Assembly (NCBI GenBank): GCA_964407715.1
Contig: CAYOWP010000010.1
Location: forward strand, 1 to 43,896
Source of the DNA: an uncultured archaeon
Lineage (GTDB): Archaea; EX4484-52; JAADEF01
Reading direction: 5' to 3'
Length of the DNA stretch: 43,896 nt
Shown: positions 19,312-29,269 of the stretch, in pieces
Numbering within the stretch: the first letter of the stretch is position 1
Layout: each line of letters begins with the position of its first letter
Notes under the pieces: generated by a model
Told to the model about the DNA's origin: nothing
The model's database searches: none
The model's input: the letters and a program-made list of their open reading frames with translations, nothing else
Translations under genes and position numbers: made by a program

Positions 19312-19551
19312 TCATTCCTTGTCTTCCTCTATTACAGAGATGGAAGAAGTGGGACATGATTTCTCAGCTTCTTTTGCTGCTTTATATTCCTCATCATCTA
19401 TCTCCTTTTCTTGAATACCACTATCACTATCCTCTAATCCCACAAGATTCGATTTCATTTTTCCCATCTCAAATATGTGAGGAGCTATAGAGACACACAT
19501 TCCACATCCGATACATGTATCTTTATTTAATCTTACCTTATACTTTGCCAT
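19312..19551 (-). CDS. Monocluster [4Fe-4S]/[3Fe-4S] ferredoxin
   Basis: CIGCGMCVSIAP..F and distal SCP...I. Confidence 0.9.
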   Translation of the reverse strand: MAKYKVRLNKDTCIGCGMCVSIAPHIFEMGKMKSNLVGLEDSDSGIQEKEIDDEEYKAAKEAEKSCPTSSISVIEEDKE

Positions 19552-19560
19552 CTCCCTCAC

Positions 19561-20229
19561 CTATCTCTTTAATTTGAAAATCTCAGTAAAATATTTCATC
19601 TTAGCATTAATTTTCTCAAGTTCATCTAAGAAGTTCTTTACTTGTTCTTTCTCTTGCTCTCCTATTGTCCTTGAGAGCTTTAATATAGATTCCAAAGCTG
19701 TAATTGAAATTTTCAAGGACATGAGTTCGTTAACAATTTCCTTATATTTTTTGACACTTATGAAGAGAGGAGGAGTTATTACTTGATGTTCCTTTACTAA
19801 GTTTTTCAATAATACATTATTTTCACCACTAATCACTTCTTCTTTTTTCTCTTTTTCTTCAGTTTCAAGTACCTTAGGAGTTTCCTCTTTCTTGCTCTCC
19901 TCTGGTGTCTCTAATGCTGTATCTTTTGCAGATTCTGATAAAAGATTTTTAGGATCAAACAAAGAAGATATATCTTTCTTTTCCGTCTGCTCCTTTATTT
20001 CAACTTGTTCTTTTTCTTTTTCTTGAGAAGGAACCTCTTCTTTTTTCTCTTCAGGAGAAGGAGCAACATTTTCTGGTTGTGGAGTAGATAGCTCAAGGGA
20101 ATGTATTTCAGGAATTTCTTTTTCCTCTAACTCTATCTTTTCTTTTTTATCTTCCTCAACCTTTTCCTTTATACTTTGAATCTCCTCATTTTTTGATTTT
20201 TTTCTAAAGAGAAATCCAAGCATTCTCAC
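19561..20229 (-). CDS. Hypothetical protein (low-complexity E/K/P region plus C-terminal coiled coil)
   Basis: 222-aa ORF; PLFISVKKY followed by heptads. Confidence 0.75.
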   Translation of the reverse strand: MRMLGFLFRKKSKNEEIQSIKEKVEEDKKEKIELEEKEIPEIHSLELSTPQPENVAPSPEEKKEEVPSQEKEKEQVEIKEQTEKKDISSLFDPKNLLSESAKDTALETPEESKKEETPKVLETEEKEKKEEVISGENNVLLKNLVKEHQVITPPLFISVKKYKEIVNELMSLKISITALESILKLSRTIGEQEKEQVKNFLDELEKINAKMKYFTEIFKLKR

Positions 20230-20243
20230 ACCCCATAACTATT

Positions 20244-21998
20244 TTATTCATGAATATAATATGTTTCTACACATATATATAAGTTTTCCTTTATAAACCT
20301 ATTAACTTTGACAAACCCAAACCTCTCAAATTGTAATCTTGAATCTATTGGTTTCTCAAGTATGTTGCTTTCAACAATACCTTCAATAATATCTCCATTA
20401 TCCATGATCACCTTGCAGTTAATATAAGAATTCTCTGGAAGATAATGGATAATCCTTGTCATCTTTTCTTCCTGATTCTTTTTCACGATTTCCCCTTCAT
20501 CATGAGATATTTTCCTTATATCAAATGCATATTTTAATCTTATAGTTTCTCCAACCTTTAATCTATCCCAATCATCCTTTTCCACATACACAAAAGGATG
20601 AGATTGTGAAAACATGAGAACCCTATAACCTCTTTCTTTTATATCCGGATGATTTGGTAATATCACTTTGATGTCTTGTGTGAGATTCACAATTCTAACT
20701 TTGATAGGTTCTTTTATAAAAAACAACCTATCACTCTCTTTATCTATCAATACCCTATGTATCTTAATTAAATTCTTTAGAAATTCCTTATATGTGGTTT
20801 TCTTGTCTCTCTTTGTTAATCCTATCTGCAATACCCACCAAGAGAAAGCCTCTGGTTTAAACCCTCTTTTTTTATATGATTGAATAAATGGCAACCTTAC
20901 ATCATCCCATCCTTTATATTCCCCTTTTAGAATCTTTTCTTTTATTTGGGTAGTACTAAGCTTTAAATCCTCAAAGTTTATTCTGCCTATGTGAAGATAT
21001 ACTGGCATATCCCAGCCCATATATTCAAAGATATATTGTTGTCTTAATGTGTTTGTCTCATGATCTTTCCCTCTTATCACATGTGTTATGTTATTAGAAT
21101 GGTCATCAACAGCAACTGAGAAATTCATTGTTGGATACACCAAATACTTCTCTCCAACTAATGGATGAGGATGCTTAATAATTCTAAATGCCACCCATTC
21201 TCTCACAGCAGGGTTCTCATGAGTGAGAATGGTTTTGATTCTTAAAACTGCCTCTCCTTCATCAAACTCCCCTTCCAACATCTTCTTCCATAACTCTAAG
21301 TTCTCTTCAGGTGTTTGTTCTCTATGAATACATGGTTTTTTGTTTAATACTAATCTCTTAAATGACTCTGAATCGCACAAACATACATAGGCAAATCCTT
21401 GTTGTATGAGATATTCAGCTACCTCATAATAATATTTCATTCTTGAGGATTGTATTATGGGATCATAGAGATTGCCTGTTAGATATTCAACATCATCTAC
21501 AATCATATCATATGCTTCTAACAATACATTTTGAGGGTTTGTATCTGCAATCCTCAATACCATTTTGCCATTATATTTTTTTGCATACCAATAGTTCAAA
21601 AGTAATGGAAATACATGTCCAAGATGTAGCGGCCCAGATGCAGATGGCTCAAACCTTGTTATAACTCTTCTTTTTTTATCTATATCTGGAAGATCCTTTA
21701 ACTCATTAACCAAATCCTCTAAGGATTCTATTTTCTTTTTATTTTTTTCTTTATCAACCTCCTCAATTTGAGGTAGAATATCCTCTATTTCCTTTGCATC
21801 CATTTTGTTAACTTCCTCACAAATTCTCCCAATTTCCTTAAGATACTCCTTTATCTTTGTTTTATCTATTACATCTTTATATTCGCTCATGAATTTAGAG
21901 AACACATGTTTGTATGATGCCTTACCATGCTCTGCCCTATTTCTAATAGCAAAAATCTTTGTCTTTTCTTTCATTTCATTTGTTAAAAGCTCATCCAT
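20244..21998 (-). CDS. gltX: Glutamyl-tRNA synthetase (archaeal type)
   Basis: TRFEPSASGPLHLGH, RIADTNP, AYVCLC, YPTMNF...DDH, THVIRGKDH, LSTT, GWDDVRL, QFERFGF. Confidence 0.96.
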   Translation of the reverse strand: MDELLTNEMKEKTKIFAIRNRAEHGKASYKHVFSKFMSEYKDVIDKTKIKEYLKEIGRICEEVNKMDAKEIEDILPQIEEVDKEKNKKKIESLEDLVNELKDLPDIDKKRRVITRFEPSASGPLHLGHVFPLLLNYWYAKKYNGKMVLRIADTNPQNVLLEAYDMIVDDVEYLTGNLYDPIIQSSRMKYYYEVAEYLIQQGFAYVCLCDSESFKRLVLNKKPCIHREQTPEENLELWKKMLEGEFDEGEAVLRIKTILTHENPAVREWVAFRIIKHPHPLVGEKYLVYPTMNFSVAVDDHSNNITHVIRGKDHETNTLRQQYIFEYMGWDMPVYLHIGRINFEDLKLSTTQIKEKILKGEYKGWDDVRLPFIQSYKKRGFKPEAFSWWVLQIGLTKRDKKTTYKEFLKNLIKIHRVLIDKESDRLFFIKEPIKVRIVNLTQDIKVILPNHPDIKERGYRVLMFSQSHPFVYVEKDDWDRLKVGETIRLKYAFDIRKISHDEGEIVKKNQEEKMTRIIHYLPENSYINCKVIMDNGDIIEGIVESNILEKPIDSRLQFERFGFVKVNRFIKENLYICVETYYIHE

Positions 21999-22012
21999 AA
22001 TTACTCACTATC

Positions 22013-23068
22013 TTAAAATATATTCTCCTTAAAGATTAAATACGATGCATGGATAAGATTTTCCAAATCTCTTATGTGTATAATCTCTGTGGGTGTATGA
22101 AGATATCTTATCGCAATTCCCAAGCCTATTGTAGGGATTCCTTGTTTGGATATGTAAATTATGGCAGCATCGCTTACACCTCCAGTTCCAATCTCTATTT
22201 GATATGGAATATTGTATTTTTTAAAGATACTCTTAAGAGCTTCTAAATGTTCTTTTTTCATAATCAGGCCCCTACCATCTGCCTGAACATAATCTATCAC
22301 AACTCCCTCTCCTAGTTTGAGATCCGTGACCTTGTTCTCAATTCCTGGTGTATCTCCTGCTGGAGATGTATCTAATACCAAAGCAAAATCAATATCCTCA
22401 TGAAATGCAACTACTCTTGCGCCTTTTAACCCAACCTCCTCTTGTGTAGTAAATGCAAAAAAGAAAGTATATTCATTCTTCAATTTTTCATCATTATATA
22501 GTGTTTTCATTAATTGCAAAGATACATAACAGCTACTTCTATTATCTAAAGCCTTGCCAGTAACAAACCATTCATTCATCCTAATTAAATCCCTATCATA
22601 TACTAATACATCCCCTAAACCAATTCCCATTTTTTCCAAATCTTCTTTTTCTTTAACACCAAAATCCAAATATAAATCTTTTATTTTGATTTTTTTATTC
22701 TCATCTTCCTCTTCAATAAGATGTATTGGTTTATATCCACACACAGCCCAGAAGGTTTTGTTATTTTTATTTTTTAATTTAAATCTCTGATTGATTAAGG
22801 TATGCGGATCCAAACCGCCAAGTGGTGAAAAATAGACATATCCTTTTTCATCTATGTATTTCACTATTACTCCAACCTCATCCATATGGCTTTCTATTAA
22901 AATCTTTTTATCTCCATTACCCAATTTAAAAATTAGATTGCCTATAGCATCTTCCTTCATTTCATTATAATATCCATCAGCATGTCTTTTTATAACATCT
23001 TTTATCTCATCTTCAAATCCACTTACCCCATAAGCCTCGCTTAATTCCTTCAACATGTTAAAATCCAT
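22013..23068 (-). CDS. M42 family (TET) metallo-aminopeptidase
   Basis: GVSGFE, SHMDEVG, GKALDNR, QEEVGLKGA, RYLHTP. Confidence 0.93.
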   Translation of the reverse strand: MDFNMLKELSEAYGVSGFEDEIKDVIKRHADGYYNEMKEDAIGNLIFKLGNGDKKILIESHMDEVGVIVKYIDEKGYVYFSPLGGLDPHTLINQRFKLKNKNNKTFWAVCGYKPIHLIEEEDENKKIKIKDLYLDFGVKEKEDLEKMGIGLGDVLVYDRDLIRMNEWFVTGKALDNRSSCYVSLQLMKTLYNDEKLKNEYTFFFAFTTQEEVGLKGARVVAFHEDIDFALVLDTSPAGDTPGIENKVTDLKLGEGVVIDYVQADGRGLIMKKEHLEALKSIFKKYNIPYQIEIGTGGVSDAAIIYISKQGIPTIGLGIAIRYLHTPTEIIHIRDLENLIHASYLIFKENIF

Positions 23069-23115
23069 GCTAATTCCCCTCCCTATTTATGAATTGCAAA
23101 TTACTTGGAAATAAA

Positions 23116-23457
23116 CTAATAGTGTCTTATGTACTCACATTGTTCATTAACCTCAACAAAATGAGATGCCTTGCCTTCTCGATATTCTCTACATTGATTC
23201 TCAGGAAGGTTATCAACAGGTAATCGCGGAGAATGTGCCACATCACATACCCATCCTTCATGTTTCCATTTCGGATTGTTATCAGATAAACATGGGCCAT
23301 GTGAAAGATTCATGTTTGCTCGAGCTTCTTCGCATAATGCAATGCAATCATTTATTATCTCTTTTATTTCATCACTTTCTTTTTCTTTATAAATACAACC
23401 ACACATCCCCATCACAGCCAACAGAACTATTAACACAGCTATAGCATTCTTTTTCAT
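23116..23457 (-). CDS. Cys-rich secreted/lipoprotein-like hypothetical protein
   Basis: MKK plus hydrophobic stretch plus CGC (lipobox-like); GPCLS, WVCDVAHSPR, ENQC, HFVEV; start moved to ATG 23457. Confidence 0.75.
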   Translation of the reverse strand: MKKNAIAVLIVLLAVMGMCGCIYKEKESDEIKEIINDCIALCEEARANMNLSHGPCLSDNNPKWKHEGWVCDVAHSPRLPVDNLPENQCREYREGKASHFVEVNEQCEYIRHY

Positions 23458-23543
23458 TCTATCCCTCCAAATAGAATTACAATTTTTTATAATAATTAGT
23501 AAATATCGCAAAATATTTATAAATTTTTGTTTAAAAAAACAAT

Positions 23544-23798
23544 GGTATTGTCCAACAATTCCTTATTGTTAAGCGGAAACTTAACGCGCAAATAGCACTT
23601 ATAGCAGTTAACCCTTTGAATAGGGCTATGCTCTCCGTTAACAAATTGTCCAATAATTTTTTGATGAGGATTTGTTAACTAAAAAATTCGTTCTTACGAT
23701 CGCATTATCTCTACAAGGTTTGCTGCTCTAATCCCTTTTTAAAAGATTACTTTTCCGCTTAACAAAATTTTGTTAATAGGGAATTATTGGACAATGCC
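23544..23798. mobile_element. MITE-like element with two units and an internal TIR copy
   Basis: GGTATTGTCCAACAATTCC ... GGAATTATTGGACAATGCC; internal ATTGTCCAATAAT at about 23645; closely similar to 28641-28899. Confidence 0.85.
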
Positions 23799-23804
23799 GA
23801 AAAA

Positions 23805-24908
23805 CTACTCTTCCTCTATGATCTGGTCTATCATTTGGTTGTATAAAACATCAATTTTTGATTTTATGATATCTCTTGTCTTCTCTAATTCTTGTTTGAT
23901 TTTTTGTAGTGATTCGGTATTATACCCAGACAGATCTTTGGATTTTGGTATCCCAAATTTTTCCAGAGCTTTCCATTCCTTTTCTATTGGTTTTCCCCCA
24001 GTAATTAATTTGTCTATTCCACATATAGCTAACTGCACAGTATTAAGCTCTTCAAATAGATGTTCTTGAATCTCTTTTACGCTCTTTATCCTTTCTACAG
24101 GATTAGAAACCTTAATATTTAAATAAGATAATAAAAGTGAAAGATAAATACCAGCAAGGGAGCCTAAAATAATGGTATTTTTATTAATGAAAAGAATTAT
24201 AATCCAACCAATAAACAAAGGTAAAAGAAAACCGCCATAACGTATAAGAGTATCCCAACAGATCTTCCCTATATTTCTCTCTTCTATATTCGAAGAGAGA
24301 TATGCTATTATTATTTTTGCGATCATTGACACAGCTATTAATCCAATTATCAAAAGTGCCCCCGAATGCACAACAATGGAAGTAATAGAAGAGATGGGCT
24401 TAAAACCACGTAATGCATAACCTAATACACCTCCCATAATGGCAAAGAATATGATTAAAGGTAAGTGACTAAGCCATGCTGTTAGGAGACGGCTGTGGAG
24501 TAAGAATCTATACTCACGTAATCTCTTTCTGTAATATCTTCCTAATCCTATTGCAAATACTGCGCCAAAAAGAAACAATACAGAAAAAGCAGAAAATGTA
24601 GATACAATTATTGCTGCGGCATATGTTGTAAATGGAAAAGATGCTAATGAAATAAAAAACGCTATTGCAGAAGAGTATCGTCTAACTAAATCTATCTCTT
24701 CAAAAAAATCTCTCAAAATATAATAAACAATCAAAAATGGTGCTACATAATATACAAGTAGATTTATCCATATCTTTAAATCATTTGGATTGGTTCCTAA
24801 ATGTTCTATGAGATTAACAAAATTTCCTATTATATCCTTTGGAGCCATAGAAAAATTCAGTAGATCGTTAGTAATATCTCCAAGTGATTGTGGTAAATTC
24901 CCTGCCAT
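23805..24908 (-). CDS. Multi-TM membrane protein with C-terminal coiled coil
   Basis: About 7 hydrophobic segments, PFLIVYYIL..FFEEIDL motif, charged helical tail. Confidence 0.8.
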   Translation of the reverse strand: MAGNLPQSLGDITNDLLNFSMAPKDIIGNFVNLIEHLGTNPNDLKIWINLLVYYVAPFLIVYYILRDFFEEIDLVRRYSSAIAFFISLASFPFTTYAAAIIVSTFSAFSVLFLFGAVFAIGLGRYYRKRLREYRFLLHSRLLTAWLSHLPLIIFFAIMGGVLGYALRGFKPISSITSIVVHSGALLIIGLIAVSMIAKIIIAYLSSNIEERNIGKICWDTLIRYGGFLLPLFIGWIIILFINKNTIILGSLAGIYLSLLLSYLNIKVSNPVERIKSVKEIQEHLFEELNTVQLAICGIDKLITGGKPIEKEWKALEKFGIPKSKDLSGYNTESLQKIKQELEKTRDIIKSKIDVLYNQMIDQIIEEE

Positions 24909-24925
24909 ATTTTCCCCTGCTTATC

Positions 24926-25378
24926 TTATATCTGAGATAAAGCTCTTTTATGAGATGCAGAATATACTTTTCTACCCATTTCTAATTCTTTCTTTTTTTC
25001 TTCAATTGTCCTAAGGATTTTATCAATCTCTCCTAAAGTTAATTCGTCATCAAGTACAATGCCAAGCTGTTGAAGTTCTTTTGAATATGTATCCTTTATT
25101 TTCTTTGTTTCTACTTTTTCTTTTTGTTCTGCTTCACGGCGGAGTCTACATAATTCTCTTTCAATTGTCTCGCATATTCCTATCAGCTGATCATATTCTA
25201 TCATTTTTGAAAATGAAGTTCGTGCTATCTCATGCGCTTCTTTTCTGCGGGCATGTCTAATAAGTGCAATAGGGATAACTAAAGATAAACCAAACAAACC
25301 ACCCACTCCAAAAAAATAGGTAAGGATAGCCCCTATAACTGCACCAAATATTGTATACCCGCCCCATTTCAATTCCAT
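24926..25378 (-). CDS. C-terminal half of a split paralogue of 23805-24908 (2 TM plus coiled coil)
   Basis: LKWGGY..GAVIG resembles IRYGGF..LFIG; ICETIE and LQQLGI resemble ICGID and LEKFGI; in frame with 25394-26107. Confidence 0.7.
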   Translation of the reverse strand: MELKWGGYTIFGAVIGAILTYFFGVGGLFGLSLVIPIALIRHARRKEAHEIARTSFSKMIEYDQLIGICETIERELCRLRREAEQKEKVETKKIKDTYSKELQQLGIVLDDELTLGEIDKILRTIEEKKKELEMGRKVYSASHKRALSQI

Positions 25379-25393
25379 AATCTCACACTTATT

Positions 25394-26107
25394 TTAATCG
25401 ATTCTCAAACTTAGTAATAATCCACCAACTGCGGCTCCTATAACAATACCACCAGGCCCTGACCATGGAATCTCTCCAAAAATCACCCACCAAATTGTGC
25501 TAAAAATGATTGCGGATGCAGCTATTAAAGGAATGTGTGTAATAAAAATATAAAAAAGATTTGATTCTATAATATCATATCCCCATTCTTCAAGTTTTTT
25601 TCTGTAGAGATATCCTATACCTAAATAGACTAATGCTAAAAATAATATCAGGATACCTAAAGCTATAAAATTGCTTACAACAAAAGCTGCATATCCCACG
25701 AGTCCAGTGATTAAAGATATAAAAGCTATAACAGCAGAGAGAGACATAATTAGATTCTTATTAGTAAATATCTCTATTTCATCAAGTACGAGATAAACCA
25801 AAATGAATGTTAATAGAAATGATGGTAAAATATAAAAAAGTAAATCCTTAGATTTGTCCAAAGGTTGTTCAAGAGACTCATAGATATTGGAGGGAGATAA
25901 TTTATCAAAGAGTGTATTTTTTTCTGTTCCCCTCTTAAAAACGTTATCCAAAATCTTATCCCATGTATACCATATATACTCCACTTTATTCGAGCTACTG
26001 GAAGATTGAGCATAACACATAGAAAAATTCATATAAAAACTGAAAGTTAAGATAAATAACACCATGAAGATTATCAAAACATTATGAATTCTTTCAAATT
26101 TTCCCAT
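25394..26107 (-). CDS. N-terminal half of a split paralogue of 23805-24908 (membrane protein)
   Basis: YILPSFLLTFILVYLVLDEIEI, GIGYLYRKKLEEW and THIPLI match YVAPFLIVYYILRDFFEEIDL, GLGRYYRKRLREY and SHLPLI. Confidence 0.75.
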   Translation of the reverse strand: MGKFERIHNVLIIFMVLFILTFSFYMNFSMCYAQSSSSSNKVEYIWYTWDKILDNVFKRGTEKNTLFDKLSPSNIYESLEQPLDKSKDLLFYILPSFLLTFILVYLVLDEIEIFTNKNLIMSLSAVIAFISLITGLVGYAAFVVSNFIALGILILFLALVYLGIGYLYRKKLEEWGYDIIESNLFYIFITHIPLIAASAIIFSTIWWVIFGEIPWSGPGGIVIGAAVGGLLLSLRID

Positions 26108-26147
26108 AAAATAATAAAAGGAAAAGTTTAATATATAAATTTGCTGA

Positions 26148-28586
26148 CTAAAACAATCTTTTTTGCTTTGAACCTGAGAGAAGCTCTTCTTTTGTGATAC
26201 CTAAGGATTCAAGAACCCTTAATGCAGCAGGTAAAACTTGATTGTTAATATAATAATCCGCATCATAGTCCTCAGCAAGATAATAAATCTCTGCCTTATC
26301 TGAAATCTTTCCAGGACGTGATGTAATGATATAAGGTATAATCATTCCAGAGAACACTTCCTTACCTTTATTTTTTAATCTTTTTGCTACTGCGATATGT
26401 GGTGCAAGCGACTCATAGGTTTCTAAGGATCTCTGAAGTTTAACATAGATAATAAGATCTTCTTTTTTCACTTTTCCTCTCTTAAGATTTTCTATTACCT
26501 CTCTAACAAATGATTTGGCTTTGTTGATATCTCCCTTTAGCACATATTTAAGCACAATTTCCTGGGTATCTTTTGCTAATTTGCACCAATCTCTCCTTAC
26601 TCTCTCAAAGCCACGTATAGTAATGTTATCATCTTTATCTATTAGAGCATATCTCTTCTTTGCACCAATCTTTCCTTCCTTTTTTCTCACGAATATGCCT
26701 CTCTTATAATATCCTTGGAAATCCAACTTAATAATCCCTGGAAGTGATGAATTTATTTTTTCCATAAATCTTAGAGCATCCTCAACTGTTTTATTACCCA
26801 ATAAAAGAAAGACGCTATCAGTATCTCCATAAATCACCTTGAACCCATTTGCTTCTGCCTCCTTAATAATTTTCTTTATATAATACCTACCAAAAGATGT
26901 TGCGGCTTGAGCACATTCCCTTCTATACCACCGAGAGTTTATATATCCCAAGTATCCATAAAAAGAATTAAGAATGGTTTTTAAAGCATAATCTTCAGCT
27001 TTATAGAACATGTACTCTTTGCTATCTTTTGGCGTTTTCTTTACCAATTCCTTAACCTTTATTCTTTTGTTATATATATGTTCCATAGCAGATGGAATAA
27101 AACCTTTTGGAGAGGTTAAAAAGCAATAATCATAATCAGGAACCTTATTAGGATTATCCTCACAATCATATGTTAAAGTAAAAGGATCTATATTATGTGT
27201 GATAATAATACTTGGGTATAGGCTCTTAAAATCCATAACCACAATATCCTCATAGAGCCCTGGCTTTGGTTCATACACAAAAGCCCCCTCATACTCTCCT
27301 AAATAATATCTCTCTGCAACTTCTTCCTGCTTAGGTTTGTTTGGAATAAGAACATGTGTCTTTTTACCTCTTCTTATACCATAGCTTTCCACAAGTGTTC
27401 CATATGTTGCTCTTGATATATCATAAAGTAGCAACTTCGTGATATCAGATAAAGATGTGAAGGTTGGGAACAAGTATTCTCCCAATTTAAGAGTTATCTT
27501 AGAATCATTCAAACAGTATTCAATAACCTCTCTTAAATCATTTTCTTTCCACAAATCAGAGATTCTCTCAAAGCTCATGTCCTTTTTTCCTTCTCCAATA
27601 ATCTCAGATGCCACTGCATCTAAACTTAAAACCTCAACATTTAAAGTAGGTGCTAAAATACGCGAAACAAACTTATAGAGATCAAAATGCACCCTTCCAA
27701 AGATTCTATAGCTTTTTGATCTCCTCCCAGAGCCTTCTATGCCTTTTCCTCCAAATCCAAAGGAATATGATAAGCTATACATATCAATTTTCCTTTTAAG
27801 CAACTCAAAATCAAACTCATCTCCATTATATGTAAAGATTATATCTGGATCTATCTCAGAGATAATTTGTGAAAGCTTTTCAATCAATTCTTTTTCTGAA
27901 TACACAGAGATAGTGTTTTGTAATGATACTGATGAGCCTAAGTGTATTACTCCTTGCTTATTAGTGTTTGTTGAATAACTGAACATGATAATATTTTCCT
28001 TTCCATTATCTTGAACTGTTTCAATATCAAATGCCATCATAATCAAATCATCTGATCTAACAGGCTCATTTTCCTCCTTAATCTCAATTATTTTCCCTAT
28101 CTCTGATATCTTAAACTCCTTGAAAGGATTCTTCTCAACTATATATTTTACCCTCACTTTCCTTCCGCTGCTTATTCCTTTATCTGCAAGATAGTTTTTT
28201 GTCATGGGGATGTCTTTCTCTATTTTTTTCCCATAAGAGGGAAGTTCTTTTATTTTATCCTTTAATTCAAGATAGTGTGAAGGTTTTCGTAAATAAACTT
28301 TGACACATTTTATCTTCTCCAAACCATATGTTCTCTCAACAATTTCTGTATCAAGCACTTTTATATTTTCATCTCCTTTAGCCACATTTATGTGCTCTAT
28401 CTCCTGTTTTAATTTATAGATATTATTTTGTTCATTTGGAATCACATAAAAATATTGCCTATAATTAGGATCATAAAAGAGCATTCTCTTTTTATCTCTT
28501 AACCTCTTCATAACTAATACAATGTATGAGAGATTATTATTGTGAGCAATATCAATATCTAAGATAACAAAAATATCTTCCATCAT
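26148..28586 (-). CDS. polB: Family B DNA polymerase (intact, with 3'-5' exonuclease)
   Basis: ExoI FDIET, ExoII YNGDEFDF, ExoIII YCLND, DFKSLYPSII, K..LNSFYGY, YGDTDS, KKRY, RRDW. Confidence 0.97.
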   Translation of the reverse strand: MMEDIFVILDIDIAHNNNLSYIVLVMKRLRDKKRMLFYDPNYRQYFYVIPNEQNNIYKLKQEIEHINVAKGDENIKVLDTEIVERTYGLEKIKCVKVYLRKPSHYLELKDKIKELPSYGKKIEKDIPMTKNYLADKGISSGRKVRVKYIVEKNPFKEFKISEIGKIIEIKEENEPVRSDDLIMMAFDIETVQDNGKENIIMFSYSTNTNKQGVIHLGSSVSLQNTISVYSEKELIEKLSQIISEIDPDIIFTYNGDEFDFELLKRKIDMYSLSYSFGFGGKGIEGSGRRSKSYRIFGRVHFDLYKFVSRILAPTLNVEVLSLDAVASEIIGEGKKDMSFERISDLWKENDLREVIEYCLNDSKITLKLGEYLFPTFTSLSDITKLLLYDISRATYGTLVESYGIRRGKKTHVLIPNKPKQEEVAERYYLGEYEGAFVYEPKPGLYEDIVVMDFKSLYPSIIITHNIDPFTLTYDCEDNPNKVPDYDYCFLTSPKGFIPSAMEHIYNKRIKVKELVKKTPKDSKEYMFYKAEDYALKTILNSFYGYLGYINSRWYRRECAQAATSFGRYYIKKIIKEAEANGFKVIYGDTDSVFLLLGNKTVEDALRFMEKINSSLPGIIKLDFQGYYKRGIFVRKKEGKIGAKKRYALIDKDDNITIRGFERVRRDWCKLAKDTQEIVLKYVLKGDINKAKSFVREVIENLKRGKVKKEDLIIYVKLQRSLETYESLAPHIAVAKRLKNKGKEVFSGMIIPYIITSRPGKISDKAEIYYLAEDYDADYYINNQVLPAALRVLESLGITKEELLSGSKQKRLF

Positions 28587-28640
28587 AATAATAGAGATAG
28601 TCTTAAAAATTTATAAAATTGTAATTGGAGATGCAGGGGG

Positions 28641-28899
28641 GGATTGTCCAATAATCCTTTATTGTTAAGCGGAAACATACCTCTCAAACAAGCGCATGAG
28701 AGCAGTTAACCCTTTTGAATAGGGCTATGCTCTCCGTTAACAAATCGTTCAACAATTTTTGATGAGGATTTGTTAACGAGAAAATTTGCTCCTACAATGG
28801 CATTAGCTCTACAAGGTCAGCTTGCTCTAATACGCTTCTTTAAAAGGTTACTTTTCCGCTTAACAAAATTTTGTTAATAGGGAATTATTGGACAATGCC
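28641..28899. mobile_element. MITE-like element with two units and a candidate 8-bp target-site duplication
   Basis: GG(-)ATTGTCCAATAAT ... ATTATTGGACAATGCC; flanks GCAGGGGG (28633-28640) and ACAGGGGG (28900-28907). Confidence 0.85.
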
Positions 28900-28992
28900 A
28901 CAGGGGGATTATGTTGTGTGATTAGCCTTTTTTCTTTGGCATAAGGAACACTCTAAATATGACCTAAAAAGAAAAAAGAAAAATGTCATTTA

Positions 28993-29259
28993 CTAAATAA
29001 GATACCTATTCATAACCTTCTCCAATTGCTTTGACAAAATATTTATTCTATTTAATATCTCATAATATTTTTTCTCCAATTCCTTTAACTTCTGAGATAT
29101 TTCCTTCACATCCTTTATACCTGCTTTTTGTTGTTCAAAATAAAAAGATAGTGCTTGTCTTATTAATGCACTCCTACTTATGCTCTTCTTTTTTGATATT
29201 TCACTGAGCTTTTTATACATCTCTTCATCTAACTTTATACTCACAATTTTACTTCTCAT
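28993..29259 (-). CDS. Ribbon-helix-helix (CopG-like) DNA-binding protein with C-terminal coiled coil
   Basis: KIVSIKLDEEMYKKLSEISKKKSISRSALIRQAL is a typical RHH pattern; followed by heptads. Confidence 0.85.
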   Translation of the reverse strand: MRSKIVSIKLDEEMYKKLSEISKKKSISRSALIRQALSFYFEQQKAGIKDVKEISQKLKELEKKYYEILNRINILSKQLEKVMNRYLI

Positions 29260-29269
29260 AATTATTATA

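Noticed and set aside
23770-24069. Plus-strand 99-aa ORF and the many other short antisense ORFs (for example 9085-9732, 13588-14001, 30905-31222, 39216-39575)
   Set aside because: Shadows of well-supported genes on the opposite strand, with atypical S/F/L-rich composition
26148-28586. Split or intein-containing PolB as in Nanoarchaeum equitans
   Set aside because: Single 812-aa ORF with all motifs contiguous and no intein signature
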